Shown here piece after piece: positions 1 to 13,154 of a stretch of DNA of 64,000 nt. The position numbers and the translations under genes are program-made. The notes beneath the pieces were generated by a model. It was not told where the DNA came from and did no database searches. It saw nothing but the letters and a program-made list of their open reading frames with translations. Within the stretch, counting starts at the first letter, position 1. Each line of letters opens with the position of its first letter. The stretch covers positions 1-64,000 of the forward strand of contig NIVC01001184.1 of NCBI GenBank assembly GCA_002269645.1. The letters run 5' to 3'. The stretch comes from Macrostomum lignano (Eukaryota).

Positions 1-199
1 GAATCTTGAGGAGCGATAAATGACTGTTGTAGCGCTGCGTGTTTCAAGTAGTCTGGTGGCTTGATCTTAAAAATGTCTTCACGTTTAGATTATCACTGAT
101 ACGACGGAAATGTCCCAGATACAACAGTTTCACAGATACTTCAGAGCCACCGATACATCAATGGGACAAAATACGCTAATTTCACAGGCCCTCAAGTGT

Positions 200-410
200 C
201 ATAGGTGATGCGTCAGTTTCACAGATGATGCGTCAGTGTCAAAGATACGTCAGTGTCACAGATGATACACAGTCACAGATGATAAATCAGTCTCACAGAT
301 ATTCATACGTCAGTGTCACAGATGATACATCAGTGTCACAGATGATACATCAGTGTCACAGATGATAAGTCAGTGTCAGTTGATAAGCCAGTGCCAATGT
401 CACAGATCGT
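200..410. repeat. Degenerate ~20-bp tandem repeat (GTCAGTGTCACAGATGATAC-like)
   Basis: About 9-10 imperfect copies visible directly. Confidence 0.8.
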
Positions 411-1144
411 TGATTTAATAGCATTTCAGATAGCATTTTCTATTTTTCAGATGATTAATTTTGAACGAATAAAGTTCGTTTTGTACGATTAGAACTTTTT
501 CGGCAATTATTTGCAAGAAAACTACTCGTGGCTGTATTACACTCACTCCTTCGCAGTGCACTGCATACATTTTGAGAACAACAACAACAATTTAATCTTA
601 GAATGTTACCACATCTACCCCATCTACTAAACGCCGCCAAACTGCAGCAAAAGAGCCACAGAATGGCTACCCCCTCTGGTTGCTAGCCCGCCACCCTGTC
701 GAGTTTACCCATAGCCTTGAGTGCTTGTCGGGCAGTCTAAGGACAGTTTATCTCGTATCAAATCTGAATTTGCTACTCATTTGGCCAGCCTTATCGCTGC
801 CGCCGCTGCAGTGGCGATATTCACCTCTCCTTTTTTAATTCAATTGAAACGAGTGCTTCATAAGAGTCTTTCTCTGGCCCGAGTCTCCTCACCTGTAGCC
901 GCCTCAGCTCAGCTCGAATAGACTCAAACGCGTGCATAAACATTTTCTTGCACTTAATAACTTGTACGTGACTGGACTCTGGCAGGTATTCGGTCCATCT
1001 TGTCTTTTGCTCTCTCTCTATTTCTCTACCCATTATTCTCTCTCGCTCATGGCGCGACCGATGTGAATTAGAGAAAAAAGAGCAATCGTGCTGCAGAATT
1101 TCATAACTGCACATTATCAGTCTAAATTTAATGTGCCCGCCTAC

Positions 1145-1146
<2 letters not shown>

Positions 1147-1201
<55 letters not shown>
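1147..1201. repeat. (CT)n microsatellite
   Basis: About 27 perfect CT units. Confidence 0.97.
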
Positions 1202-1205
<4 letters not shown>

Positions 1206-1863
1206 TCTTCACTTTCTCACCCAGAGATATCACCATAGCAACCAGCTTCGTTCTCGACGGCGCTCGGGGTGGGTTGGTGCCAAGGGCTAATCGCTGTCGC
1301 AAATGGAAGCGGGTGCGTGCAAATGTAAATAGGCGAATTCTCTGACTTACTGTTCTATCATTCCTTTCATTAGTGGCCTTCCAATCGGAGTTGAGAGAAG
1401 AGATTGAAAGAAATAGTAAAAACAAGGAAAAGTTGGGGGAGGGCCGTTGAGGTGCGCGCTGCGTTTTAACAGTCACCCCCTACTGAGAGACTGCTCATTA
1501 CGCCTAGAGCTGCTTTCGTCTCTTTTAATTTTCCATCCCTGTCTATTTCTTTTGTAGTTTGTCCGTCTATTTTAGACTCTTCCATAGTTTCTAGCTCGCA
1601 TAAACTAGCAACGACCAGCCTCAGAGAGTCAAGAGACAGTTGAATTAGTGAGAGATCTAGATTTATCTTTATAGGTCGCTTCTGAATAAGGCGTCGTTGC
1701 GCCTCGCTCCCACTCAACTCTTTTCGAAGCACAAACGTTCTTAAATAAAAGAGAAGGCCGAAAGAATCACGTGCAAACTAGCGAAAAGGGGGGCTGACAG
1801 GATTGTCTTTGAAGCAGAAATCGTTTCGGCAGTCAAAGGCAGTCAAAGCGTGTCGCTTCAGCA

Positions 1864-4800
1864 ATGAACTTCAATCAAGACGCTGTGAGTTGCACGCGTA
1901 GGCGGATAGTTCTGCGAGTCATTTTCTAGAAAAAGTATTGTACTTTTCCATGATTGCAATTCGTGACGTCTGGCCCTCTCGAAGGGCATAGAAATCCTCT
2001 CTAGAGTGTCTTAGACCTCTAGTAGCTCGTACAAGATGGCAAGCCTCTCTGAAAACCCTCTGAAGATTGTTAGAGGTTTCAAGCTGAAAATGGGCTACCC
2101 TCTGAAAGACTCTGCAAGAAACTTTGAGGGGTAATACGCTTACAGTAAACGTGTAGCAAATGATGTATTATTTAAATTATCCTACACACATTAGTGCATG
2201 CCTGAAACAATGTCACTTTAGGATGAGGCTACCGCGGCTGCGGCAAAACAATCGCCAGGCCGGAAGAGCTTCGGCTACAGGGCTATCTTTCCCAAGCTGC
2301 TAGGCGATCAAGTTATGACTGGCAGAATGGATGGTCTGGTAAGTTTAGAGTGGCTTCTTAGTCTGTAGAATAGTGGTTTCAGCTAATACTGAATTCGTGC
2401 TGGATGCACTTTACAAAAAACTGCAGGATCACTACGGTCATTGGAAACTGTTTCGCCAGAGTCGAGCAATGGGAACGGAGCGGCAACAGTTGGTTATTAG
2501 TCACATGAAAGTAAGTTGTAAATATTAACGTTATTGTGTTATACTCTTGTTTACTTACATGCATGCTGTACTTGTACTTTTTCCAACTGATCGCACCTCC
2601 CAATTTTCACCAGCGTGGCCTGCGCCATCGCCTCGATCGTCGGTTCGCGGCTATCCAGGAGAGCAGCGAGGCCAGTCGTGGCGCTATCAGCGACGGCCCA
2701 ACGCCCGACGGCATTGCAGGTGGCGGCGGCGGTGGCGGCGGTGGCGGCGGTGGCGGTGATGTACTTTTAAACGGAAGACTAGCTGCGGAAGGTACAAATG
2801 CATCAGCCTCGGAGCCTCTGGCATCAGCTCGCGCTGCCGAGGTTACGCCACGTCCGAGGCCAGCAGACGAGCACGAGTCGCTAGAGTCCGACAGGTCCAC
2901 CGGACTGTTTCAGCGCTACTCGCAGTACGGCGTACAGCGCTCCAACTCCACACTCAGCACAGCGGGTGTCATCCCGGTCGACTTTCTTCATCCGGAAACT
3001 GAGTCTACGCCGCCGGCCGCCGGACCGGCCACGTTGGCGGCCGATCCGCAACAGGACGAAAAAGTCAAATCGCTGCTGGACAAGGAGCTGACCTTCGTGA
3101 ACACGTTTGCCGTCGCTTCCGAACTGGAAGAAGTCCTCAGCAGGCAGTCGTCCTCCATGACGGCCCTACCACCGATCGGGGCTCGAACTCGGGACGACGC
3201 CAAGACTCTGCTACTGTATGTGACGTCCAGCTTAGGTGATTTTGATGCCGAGCGAGCGGCTATGGCCGAGCATCTTGTGCCACATCTGCGGGACACTGCG
3301 CGCAGCTTTGGTCTGGACTTTCGTCTGATTGATCCGCATTTTGGCTGCCGGTTTCACGCCTGCGACAACCACGAAGATATGAAAATCTGTCAGGAGGCTC
3401 TTGCCAAGACGAAGCTGTATAAGGATCGGCTAAATCATGTGGTATGTCGGATGCGTCTTTCTAGAGAATTAACTTTAATGCACAGTAATTCGATCGAAAC
3501 TGGTAACTTTCGAATGCATGTAGTCGGATACCGGTGTGTTTGATCAAAAGGGATGTCAGCTTAAACTGCGGAATAGAAATTAAAGTCGGCAAGAACTAGC
3601 AAACACTGGAAACGCCAGGAAGGGAGGTTGATGGTGCATGTCTTGGCGTTTCTAGTCGACTGCTCTGACAAGTTAGTCCGCTTGGTCCAGAGTTTTGCTT
3701 CGGGCTTCTTCGGATAGGTTGACATTCCCTTTGATTAGTGAAGCAATTATATTATTGAGTACTTGCCTATGTATATAGTTAGTGCATAGCTTAAGCAAGT
3801 GATAAATCAAGTATATCGGTTCCCTTCCTCTCAGATCTACTCGGAGACAAATTCGGCAAGCCGAGCAGCCCGCCGACCATTGATCGAGCCGAATTCGAAC
3901 TAATCCGGGGCGAATACAACTCGGCCTACCAGAAGCTGCAGCAACTGCGAGTTGAGCGTCAAAAAGAGCTGGAAGAGATGGAGAAGAGCGCAAAGTCCAG
4001 GAAGAAAAGCGCAACAGAGCCGGCGCAGACGATGATGATACGGATGATGATTTTGAAGACGCCTCAACTCGTCGAAACAACCGGCGGACAAGCGTCAACA
4101 GGCGCCGGAGCAGCGTGAAGCCGAAGCCGAAGGCAAGCCTCACATCGGTAGCGAAGACGGTGGGCCGGGCGATGCTTATTCGCAAGTCTCAATTGGAGGA
4201 CAACATACGCAGCATAGAGCCCTACTTGCCTAGCGAAAACTTCCTGGATACCTGGTATTACTGGATAGCAGTCGCGTGCCAGTAGTTTACCGGCTAGCGC
4301 AGGTCAGCAGCGTTCTGCCGGAATTTTCCGCTTACAGAATTCAGGTTCAGGACCAGTGGCAGCGGACGGACCAGCAACTGTTGGCCACGCTCACCTTCTG
4401 CTCGCGTCGACTAGTGAAAAATGACGTCATGCCCGAGTCTGAGAGCACCATCCTTGCCCTAAACAAGACGTCCGTGCTGGAGCAAGAGTTGCGCCAGACC
4501 GTGCTTCGATCGCGTGGCAGCCACTCGGACACTCTGATGTTTGTGCGAACTTTTGACAACTTGAAAGATCAAGTAGGCCAGCCACTCGCGGCCTTATATA
4601 CGGACATTGAGCCGGGACGTGACGAGGTCGACTTAGAGGCTGCGCACGCTTTTGTTACGGTCAAACGGGATCTGGAATTGATGGTGTGTCAATGAACCGA
4701 GCGTTTTACTATGGTTGTAAACAATTTTAAACCAGGCAGATTCTATCACTACCAAATTCAGTTTAGCGTTCTGCTTTATTATAAAAAACTTGCTGAAAAT

Positions 4801-7800
4801 TTCACCCTCAGGTGCCAGAAGACATCATCCACCGGGCTCAGATCAGTTGGATCCCAGAGGGCGGCGTCAATCCCGAGCGGTCGCGCATTCACGAGAATCA
4901 CGTGAAAAAAATCTGCGCCCAGATTATCCGCGTCCTAGAGCCGCAGATTCGTCAAATTGGACTGGATCTGGAGAGGCACCAGACTGAGCAGCAGAGTCTG
5001 ATGCACACTATTCAGGAGAATGAGAACTACTGCCTGCAACAGTAATTATATTCATTGCTTTATTTACTTAAAGCAAGTTCTCCGAATAGAGCATATGGTT
5101 CAGAGCATGTATCAGGGCATATGAACTCAACTAATCAACCGCTCTTTACCCGATGCGCAATAAAACTACGCTTTGGTGGAGGTGATTAATTAGACAAGTG
5201 CAGCATGCAGAACTAAGTAAGAAAGGGAAAAGTATGCAGCACTCTTATTCGGTGAACTGTGGTACAAACTCAAGGCCGATTAATAAAGGCCATGCATCCA
5301 TAGTACATTTTTCTGATCTACCCGGTCTCACTCTATTCATAGTTATGAAAGACGTGTAGCCAAAACAAACTAGCTTTGATGCGTTTGTATTACTTACAGT
5401 AGCTTCTAAGTATTAAGCTGTGATTCTTTTTTCAATTTTCTCTCAGTGCCGCTGAATGCTACGGCCGCAAGACCATGCTAGCCAAGATGAAGGCGTACCT
5501 GAACTCGGACAGCATGATCCCCATGGTGGTGCACGGACCGTCGGGTAGTGGCAAGACCACTTTGATGGCGAAATGCTTCTCAAAATTGAAAGACTGGCTG
5601 CCGGAGAGTTCGACTTGTGTTGTTCGCGTTGTTGGAGTGTCCAGCAGGTCTGGGAACGTCCGCTACCTGTTGGGAAGCATCTGCCGAGAATTGCTGTTAA
5701 AGTGGAAAGAACAAGGCGACCCACCGCAGGTAACGAGGCTTTATTAATTTTTATTTTAATTGACTCTGACATGGATTCGGGGTTTCTTAGGGTCCTTAAG
5801 CCTGGTAGTTGTTAAGTATGTTACCTCCAGGTGACATGGTTTACCTCCAGGTGACGTGGGTTACCTCCAGGTGACGTGGGTTACCTCCAGGTGACGTGGG
5901 TTACCTCCAGGTGACGTGGGTTACCTCCAGGTGACGTGGGTTACCTCCAGGTGACGTGGGTTACCTCCAGGTGATGTGGGTTACCTCCAGGTGATGTGGG
6001 TTACCTCCAGGTGATGTGGGTTACCTCCAGGTGATGTGGGTTACCTCCAGGTGATGTGGGTTACCTCCAGGAAACATATTCCCTTATTCTAGGTAGAGCG
6101 AGTTTATTTAGCTCAAACTAGCCAAGTGAGCTATAGTCTAATGAGATGTAGATGTCAAATAAAAACCTACACATAATGCCTAGTACATATTTGATATTTC
6201 ACTAATTCGTTTATAAGTGACTGGTTTTTAAATAGGTTCTATGTGCGCATCTATCTAAAACCTTTTTCACCAGCTAACACTTAAACTTGTCTGCGTCTTT
6301 CTATGGGGCTGATTTGAAATTTCAATATAATCTGGAATTTTATTTTCCAGAAACGTTTCGCGAGCAATCCAGAGGAGATGCTGGTACAGAGTGTTTCAAA
6401 TTTCAAATTTATTTATGCGTTTTTAACCTACTACAATGATCAACTTCGAATGCTATCAGAATTAATTAGCAACTTTATTCTTGTAATTGTAAATTCCGGA
6501 TTGACTATCTAATCAAGTTAATTACAAAATTTGACCAGATTTGCACACATTCATCTCACTAACCTGTTTGAATAAGAACTATGACAACAAGTATATATTT
6601 ATCTATGCTTGCCGTAATCATAAAGATATTATTCCAGACCCGAAAATTTGTTAATTGTTTAATGACAACATTTTTACGACTTTCGATTCAAATTCTCAAC
6701 AGTTGTGATTTACAATTGGGAACATTGTCAGTTTTCCTGATGAAAATAAAAACACGTTTGAGGGCTATATGTATAATACTCTAACTGTTTCAAATGTTTG
6801 CAACAGTTGACTGCAGCAGCAAAGTCAATCAAAACCGTCTCTCCTACACGCAGGATTTCGCTGGCCTGGTCAACGAGTTCACTGCTCGACTTCAACAGGC
6901 CTCTCGCGACCGTCCGCTTGTCATCTTGCTGGACTCCCTGGGCCAGCTCACCGAAGAGTACCAAGGTCGTCGGTGCCACTGGCTGCCGAAGGTGTTGCCG
7001 AAATACGTCAAGGTGATCGCATCAACGGTTGGCGACGAACGGGTCGGCGTGCTGGGCCAGCTGAAGAGCATGTACTCAGACGCCTCCCCGGATCACTTCA
7101 TGGAGATGGAGCAGCTGACGGTCGAGGAAGCTGAGAAGATTTTGAGTTCGTGGCTAGCTAAAGAAGGCAAAACACTGACCACACCGCAGCTTGAGCATGT
7201 ACTGTCGGCTTTTAATTGCGTGCCGTTGCCTCTTCAGCTGCGACTCAGCTTCCACGAATCCTTAAACTGGCCGCCCAGCTTCTTGCCCCGAGAATTTGCA
7301 GCCAAGACTCTGAAACAGTCGGTGACATTCTACTTGAGCCGACTGGAGTCTGGATTCGGCGATTTGCTTGTTAAACGAGCGCTCGGATACCTGACGGCCG
7401 CCAAGAACGGCTTGACAGAAGCAGAACTACTCGACATTTTGTCGCTCGACGACCACGTGATGGACGTGCTCAACTTTCAGTTTCATCTGCCTGTGCGTCG
7501 CTGCCCCCCGATCGCTTGGCTGCGCCTGCGAAACGCACTCGGTGAATTCTTGACAGAAAAATCCGTAGACAACTGTGTCACTATCGTCTGGGCATTCAAC
7601 ATGTTCAATGAAGCAGCCGCGGAGCGCTACTTGAACCAGAAGGAAAAGCCGGTGCTGCACAAGGCTCTCGCCGAATACTTCGACGGAATGTGGGCCGGCA
7701 ACAAGCGAAAGCCGCACCTGGGCAACGAGGCCGGCTCCAACCGCTTTGTCAGCTCTCAGCCATACTACTTCGAGCGTCAAGAGCCGCCGGGTTTCGTCTG

Positions 7801-10591
7801 CAACGACCGAAAACTTGCCGAGCTGCCTTGGCACCTGAGAGAGTCGCAGCAGTTTGAATCGTTGAAACAAAAGTGCCTGTGCAACTTTGATTTCATTCTG
7901 GCCAAAATGTTGGCTTCGTCGGTGCGACATGTGTTGGATTTGTACGAATCTGTGCTAAGCGCCGAGCCTCGTGACAAAGACCTACGACTGATATCCAACT
8001 CTTTGTACTTGTCTCGAGCCGAGCTGGAGCTAGACCCGAAGCAACTAGCGTCACAGCTTCTTGGACGCATCACGGATGTGCTCAAAGCTGATCGGCCAAA
8101 GGCTCCAGCAGATCCGAAGAAGTACCCATTTGTGCACGCCCTCTTTTATCGCGCTCGGCGCAACAACGTTCCCACTCTTGTCCCATCAAAGTCGTGCATG
8201 ACAACGCCTAGCGAGATTGTCCTTGATCTCCTGCAGGGACACCGACTGCCAATCACGGCTGTCTGCATCAGCGAAGATGGAACCACGGGATTCACTAGCT
8301 CGCAGGAGGACACAATTAAAGTGTGGGACTTGACGAATAGTAGAGTCGTAAGCACTATTGAAGGCTCTGGCAGTCAGGTACTGTCCATGACGCTTGGCCG
8401 TCAGGAATCGGTGTTGATCACATCGGAGTTAACATGCGTAAAGGTGTACGCAGTGAAGATAGGCTGTCTGCTTTTCACCATTCCAGTTCAGGATGATCCT
8501 TGCTCTGTTGTCGTCAATGGAGACACAAACAACTTGGTTTGCTTTCACCAGGGTATCTGCGTGATGCGCACCTGGAATTTGGAGCGCTTAACTAAGGTCT
8601 GCGACAAGACGTTAACAGAGACAGGACTGCACCAGGATCGCACCGTGGTTGTCTCTACCCGATGCAACGCAGATTTAGTTCTGTACGGCCTTAGAGGTTC
8701 CAATTTCGCTCGTGTTGTCCACTGCCGCAGCGGACAGGACGTATTAAAGCTGTCCTGTCTTGACAAAGCGTCCCTAGTGACGGCTGTGCAGACTAGTCGC
8801 GAGTATTACATTGTAGCTTGCCAGGCTACCGACTTGCACACTCGCGTGCACATGTTCTTCTTGGAGCTATTTGACACCGGAAAAGGCAAAAGCGTCCGAC
8901 GCATCAAGGGTTGTTCATCTGACAGTGTAGTCGATGAGCTAATGCTAACTAACATTCAACAGCACGTGATCTCCTTGAATCCTATGCGAGACAAGAATAT
9001 GACTGATATTGTGGCATGGAACCTGGAGACCGAGGAGCACAAACACTTTACTCGTCACCCAGGAATTTCGTCAATTGGTGCTGTTTACGATTTTCGTTGT
9101 GTGATCACGGGCTCGCTGGCCGAGAACGCCCTTCGCATGTGGAACGTGCAGCAGAACATGCAATCCGCGCCGCAAAAGACCGAAAGCCTCGTAAATCTGG
9201 CTGATATAGTTATCGACGCAGGTAACAACCGGTACGCACTGACAAAACTTTCCGACAATAGCGTAATTCACGCTTGGAGTCTCAGCGCGAATAAATTCTC
9301 CGGAAAAGTTGTTAAATCTGCCAAAAGCATCGCTGGGCCCAATGACATGGTGCTGATGGACAGGCACTTTGTCATTGTTCTAGCAAGACCAGGTTTCTCG
9401 CCTAAGGTGCCGAACGCAAAGTTCGTGTACCAGACACTAACTATCTTCGATATTCAAAAGCAAAAATTCACTGTCAATTTAAACAACGTACTAATTGTAC
9501 CGTGCGCCTACGAGGAATATCACGTGATTCATGGCAACCAGCTGTTGTGCATAAATGAGTTTCATACCAACTTTTTGGTGTACAGCCTAGAGTCTGGTGA
9601 AATTATTCGCCGAATTAAGCCAGAATTCTCGTTTGACCCTAACAAGAAGCGGCCGTCCGCCCTGCTCGAGGGTAGCGTGCTGCAGCGCGAAAACGAAATG
9701 TTTGAAGAGTTCATCAACAGTCGAAAGCAGACGGTTTTCATGACACCCTGGGAACGCAGAAACGAGAGCAAATCGGCAAAAACTCGACGCTATCGAAGCG
9801 AGTGGGAGGAGAAAAAGCAACGAGCTGACGAGCTTGAGCAGGAGAAAGGAAACGGCATCGCGGACTTCCTAATTAGCAAGGACCAGTCCACCGTTGTGTC
9901 CAGCTTTTTTGCTCACCACATCTGCGTATTCAACTTGTCGAATGGGACCCAGCAAAGCGTGCTGGAGCATCCCAACGCCCTGCTGCACCTGTTTACAGCG
10001 TCGCTTAGTCCCAACGGGCGCTACCTCGCTCATACTATCTACAACGAGCAGCAGGAAATGAGCCAGCTGTGCCTCTGGGACTGTCGCACCGGAAAAGTGA
10101 AGAAGTCATTCAACGAGGGCGGCGTCGGGGCCGTAGCTGTCAACAGCGACGCTAGCATTCTCGTCTACGGGACCGACAGAGGCGAGCTGCAGGTACGCGA
10201 CTGCCGACGCAGCCCAGCCAAAGTCCGCGTGGCCAAGACCAGCGCCTGTGTGAACTTCCAGCAGAGCAGTCACCGAAACTTCATCCAGTTGTTCCGCGAC
10301 GATAAATGGGCTTTGATCTACGCCAGGAGCCTGTCAGTGTGGAACATGCAGAGCCTGGAAATGTTGAGCATCCTGACACCCGATCAGCCGCTGCACTCGA
10401 TTCGGCTGGCACTGAACGACCAGCTGATTGTGTTCAGCTCCAAGGACTCAAACGATCCGATCATTCTGAAGATGCTGTCGGCCAATTCAAAGCGACCACA
10501 ACGAGTCGGCGCGCGCAAGTTCGGCGAGGCGGACTCGACAGATTCGAGCGAGGACGAAGACATGCCGGTAGAAAGAAGCGCCGACGATTGA
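1864..10591 (+). CDS. NACHT- and WD40-repeat protein (NWD1/NWD2-type STAND NTPase with N-terminal DUF4062-like domain), multi-exon
   Basis: Inferred exons: 1864-1884, 2222-2338, 2614-3441, 3835-4683, 4812-5041, 5447-5729, 6854-10591, all GT-AG. Phases are compatible once three -1 homopolymer slips in exon 4 (~3836, ~4020, ~4261) are allowed. Motifs: DUF4062-like LYVTSSLGDFDAERAAM..VPHLR..FGLDFRLID; LLGDKFG; Walker A HGPSGSGKT; Walker B VILLDSLGQL; YLTAAKNGLTEAELLDILS; RKLAELPWHL; WD40 GHRLPITAV..DTIKVWD. The two first small exons are less certain. Confidence 0.88.
5817..6071. repeat. Intronic 20-bp tandem repeat (GTTACCTCCAGGTGAYGTGG) x~12
   Basis: Near-perfect copies inside the NWD intron 5730-6853. 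Confidence 0.95.
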
Positions 10592-11181
10592 CCATTCGAG
10601 CTACATTCGCCGTTAGTGAAGAACTTATGAATTATTTATCACCTGTGGCGCTGTAAACACTGCTGGAGCTTCTATGGTAAAACAAGTTTTCAGTGAATCC
10701 CCGTTTCTATTTTGATGTTTTACTTTGCATAGCTAAGTTGCGTGTGTTGAATTCTGTTTACTATTGATTTCTTTGTTTTTTTTCAATCAATAACTCTTCA
10801 GGTCTGATTTTATTCTCGATATCTGACTGATTAAACTTCTAATAATTAATTTTAACAAATTGACAGCTCTACAGCTGAACAACCACTCACCAACTCTGCA
10901 GTATGATATGAGCAAATATTTTTATGACTTGCGGTGAAGATGTTCAAAGTTTTTCCGTTGCCTAAATTACCGCAGATAAGTACTGCCTGATTAGATATAC
11001 TGAATACTTTTATTTTGATAAAATAAATTGAGAAACAATTGGAAACGCTTGTAACGTAATGCTATTGCATAAGAATAATATTTATAAGCTGCTAAATAGC
11101 TGAGGTGCTAAAAGGTGCGAAAAAAGAACGACAGTTGTTATATGATTAATTTTTTAATTTTTTAATTAAATAAACTAAATC

Positions 11182-11457
<276 letters not shown>

Positions 11458-12116
11458 TAGGTATTTATAGGTTGGTACTCGTAGATCGATAATTTTTTAC
11501 GTGATTCAGTCATGTTGGCCGATGTATGCCTCCCACGTAGAGGTAGAAGAGCTTAAAAACGCATTAGTTTTTCTTCGTCTTTTCCTGGGAAAAAACTGAG
11601 TGCATTGTTTAGTGCTCTTGGATGCGCCAGTATTAAAATTTAATGCCTGGTTGGTTCCCCTTCTGTTGGGGACGACACTCTACATTCAGAATTTGTCAAG
11701 CATCGGAAAGAAAGGAAGCCCTCCGCTGAGTCTTTCTTTTTCTTTGCCTTTCCAACGTATAACTTCTCTACTCCCCTGTCCCTTTCAATTGCCTTGACAA
11801 CAAGGCTAACAACAAACAGGCAGGCGTATTTGCACGAAGAAGAAAAAACTGTAATTTTAAGCAACTCCTCTTCCATCGGGTAGGCAGACACCGGTACTCT
11901 GAGACTCCGGTATTCAGAGAGAGCGTCTTCTGCCCCAAGTCGCAAATTTTGCTAAGCAGGACCTAGCCTGTGCAATACAGCAGTCTATCAACAATCAATA
12001 ATCGATTGAATTCATTCACTGGTGAGTCAGCGTAAGCATTTGATGCTTAGTTATCGAACATCAGCGTCTTATTTCGCTATGCTTAATACACACTAAACTA
12101 ACTGCAGACCCACACG

Positions 12117-13154
12117 ATGGAGAAGCGACAGCACCTCCTTGTTCTGCTGCTGCTGCCACTGCTGCCTGTCGTGCTGCTTGCTGTCGCCACTGACCCAGTT
12201 GTGGCTAAGAATTACAAGTTCAGCCAAGACCCTGCCTGCCCTCCAGCTGGTGGGGTTCCAGCCTCAATGACTGTTGAGGGTGTCCAGTCACCTAGGACCT
12301 GCTCGATTGAGTGTTCGGTGAGGACCGATTGCGCCGTGTACAGCTTTGTCAGCGCGTCCAACCAGTGCCAGATGGGCAGCACCGCCGACCTGCTTAACTC
12401 CTGGTCAACCAGCCCTGTGACGCCCTGCGTGAGCCAGCTGAATCCTCGCCTGCCGGGCATTCTGACATTCCGATCCAAACTGCTGGCTTTCTTGGACTTT
12501 CGCGTTGGTCAGGACAATCTTGTTGGTAGCGCCCAGTTCAAAGTGCAGTCCACTTCGTCGGGTGTCACTTTCATTCCCGGGCAGGGAGCCATGTTCGCCC
12601 CCCTGAGCTCGGGAGTGTCCAACTACATCGAGCTGCAGAACAGCGGCGGCCTTCACACTATCGCCAGTTTGCTTGGACGCGGCAATAACTTCTCCGTGTA
12701 CGCTCGAATCAACAAGCTGGTGGATGTTGAAGAGCAATGGATCTATCTGCTGTCTGACTGCGGATCTTACAACCAGTCTAGAGGCGGAATGCTGAACTTC
12801 CAAAATAGGACTGGCATGTTTCACAGCATGACCTCCCCAGATGAAATTAAATTTAGAATGAGCGTCGATATGATGCCGCAGCCCCCTGTCGGAGTCACCA
12901 ATGTGGACACTTCGATGGGTGTCGTGTTCAGCGACAACGAGTTCACCGGAACCTTCTACAATGGAACTCTGTATAATGTGCAACCATATAGTCAGAGCGG
13001 CTTACCGAACTTCACAGGCCTCCCGGAGTGCATCCGCCTTGGCTACTCTCCGGAACTCAATAAAGGACTTGTCGGCTGGTTCAGCTGCTTCGTCATTGCT
13101 AATGCCACCCTGACAGCCTCGGAATTCGCCGAACTGGATGCACTGTGCTGGTAA
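12117..13154 (+). CDS. Secreted PAN/apple-domain + LamG/concanavalin-A-like protein (single coding exon)
   Basis: 345-aa ORF. Hydrophobic signal peptide LLVLLLLPLLPVVLLAVA; PAN-type C-x3-C-x5-C..F..C pattern (CSIECSVRTDCAVYSFVSASNQCQMG); beta-rich C-terminus ending in a LamG-like GWFSCFVIANATLT; AATAAA near 13233. Confidence 0.72.
   Translation: MEKRQHLLVLLLLPLLPVVLLAVATDPVVAKNYKFSQDPACPPAGGVPASMTVEGVQSPRTCSIECSVRTDCAVYSFVSASNQCQMGSTADLLNSWSTSPVTPCVSQLNPRLPGILTFRSKLLAFLDFRVGQDNLVGSAQFKVQSTSSGVTFIPGQGAMFAPLSSGVSNYIELQNSGGLHTIASLLGRGNNFSVYARINKLVDVEEQWIYLLSDCGSYNQSRGGMLNFQNRTGMFHSMTSPDEIKFRMSVDMMPQPPVGVTNVDTSMGVVFSDNEFTGTFYNGTLYNVQPYSQSGLPNFTGLPECIRLGYSPELNKGLVGWFSCFVIANATLTASEFAELDALCW

Noticed and set aside
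455-1732. Short ORFs upstream of the NWD gene (821..1114, 1466..1732 and others)
   Set aside because: No recognisable motifs or splice support; partly driven by GA-rich low complexity.
6351-6383. Possible NWD micro-exon after TTTTCCAG
   Set aside because: Weak donor, and exons 5729 and 6854 already join in phase to give the family-typical PPQ|DFAGLVNEF.
3673-9820. Minus-strand ORFs over the NWD gene (e.g. 3673..4185, 7427..7930, 2988..3296)
   Set aside because: Antisense shadows of GC-rich coding exons; the same applies to shadow ORFs over KLC, the LINE and the Maverick genes.
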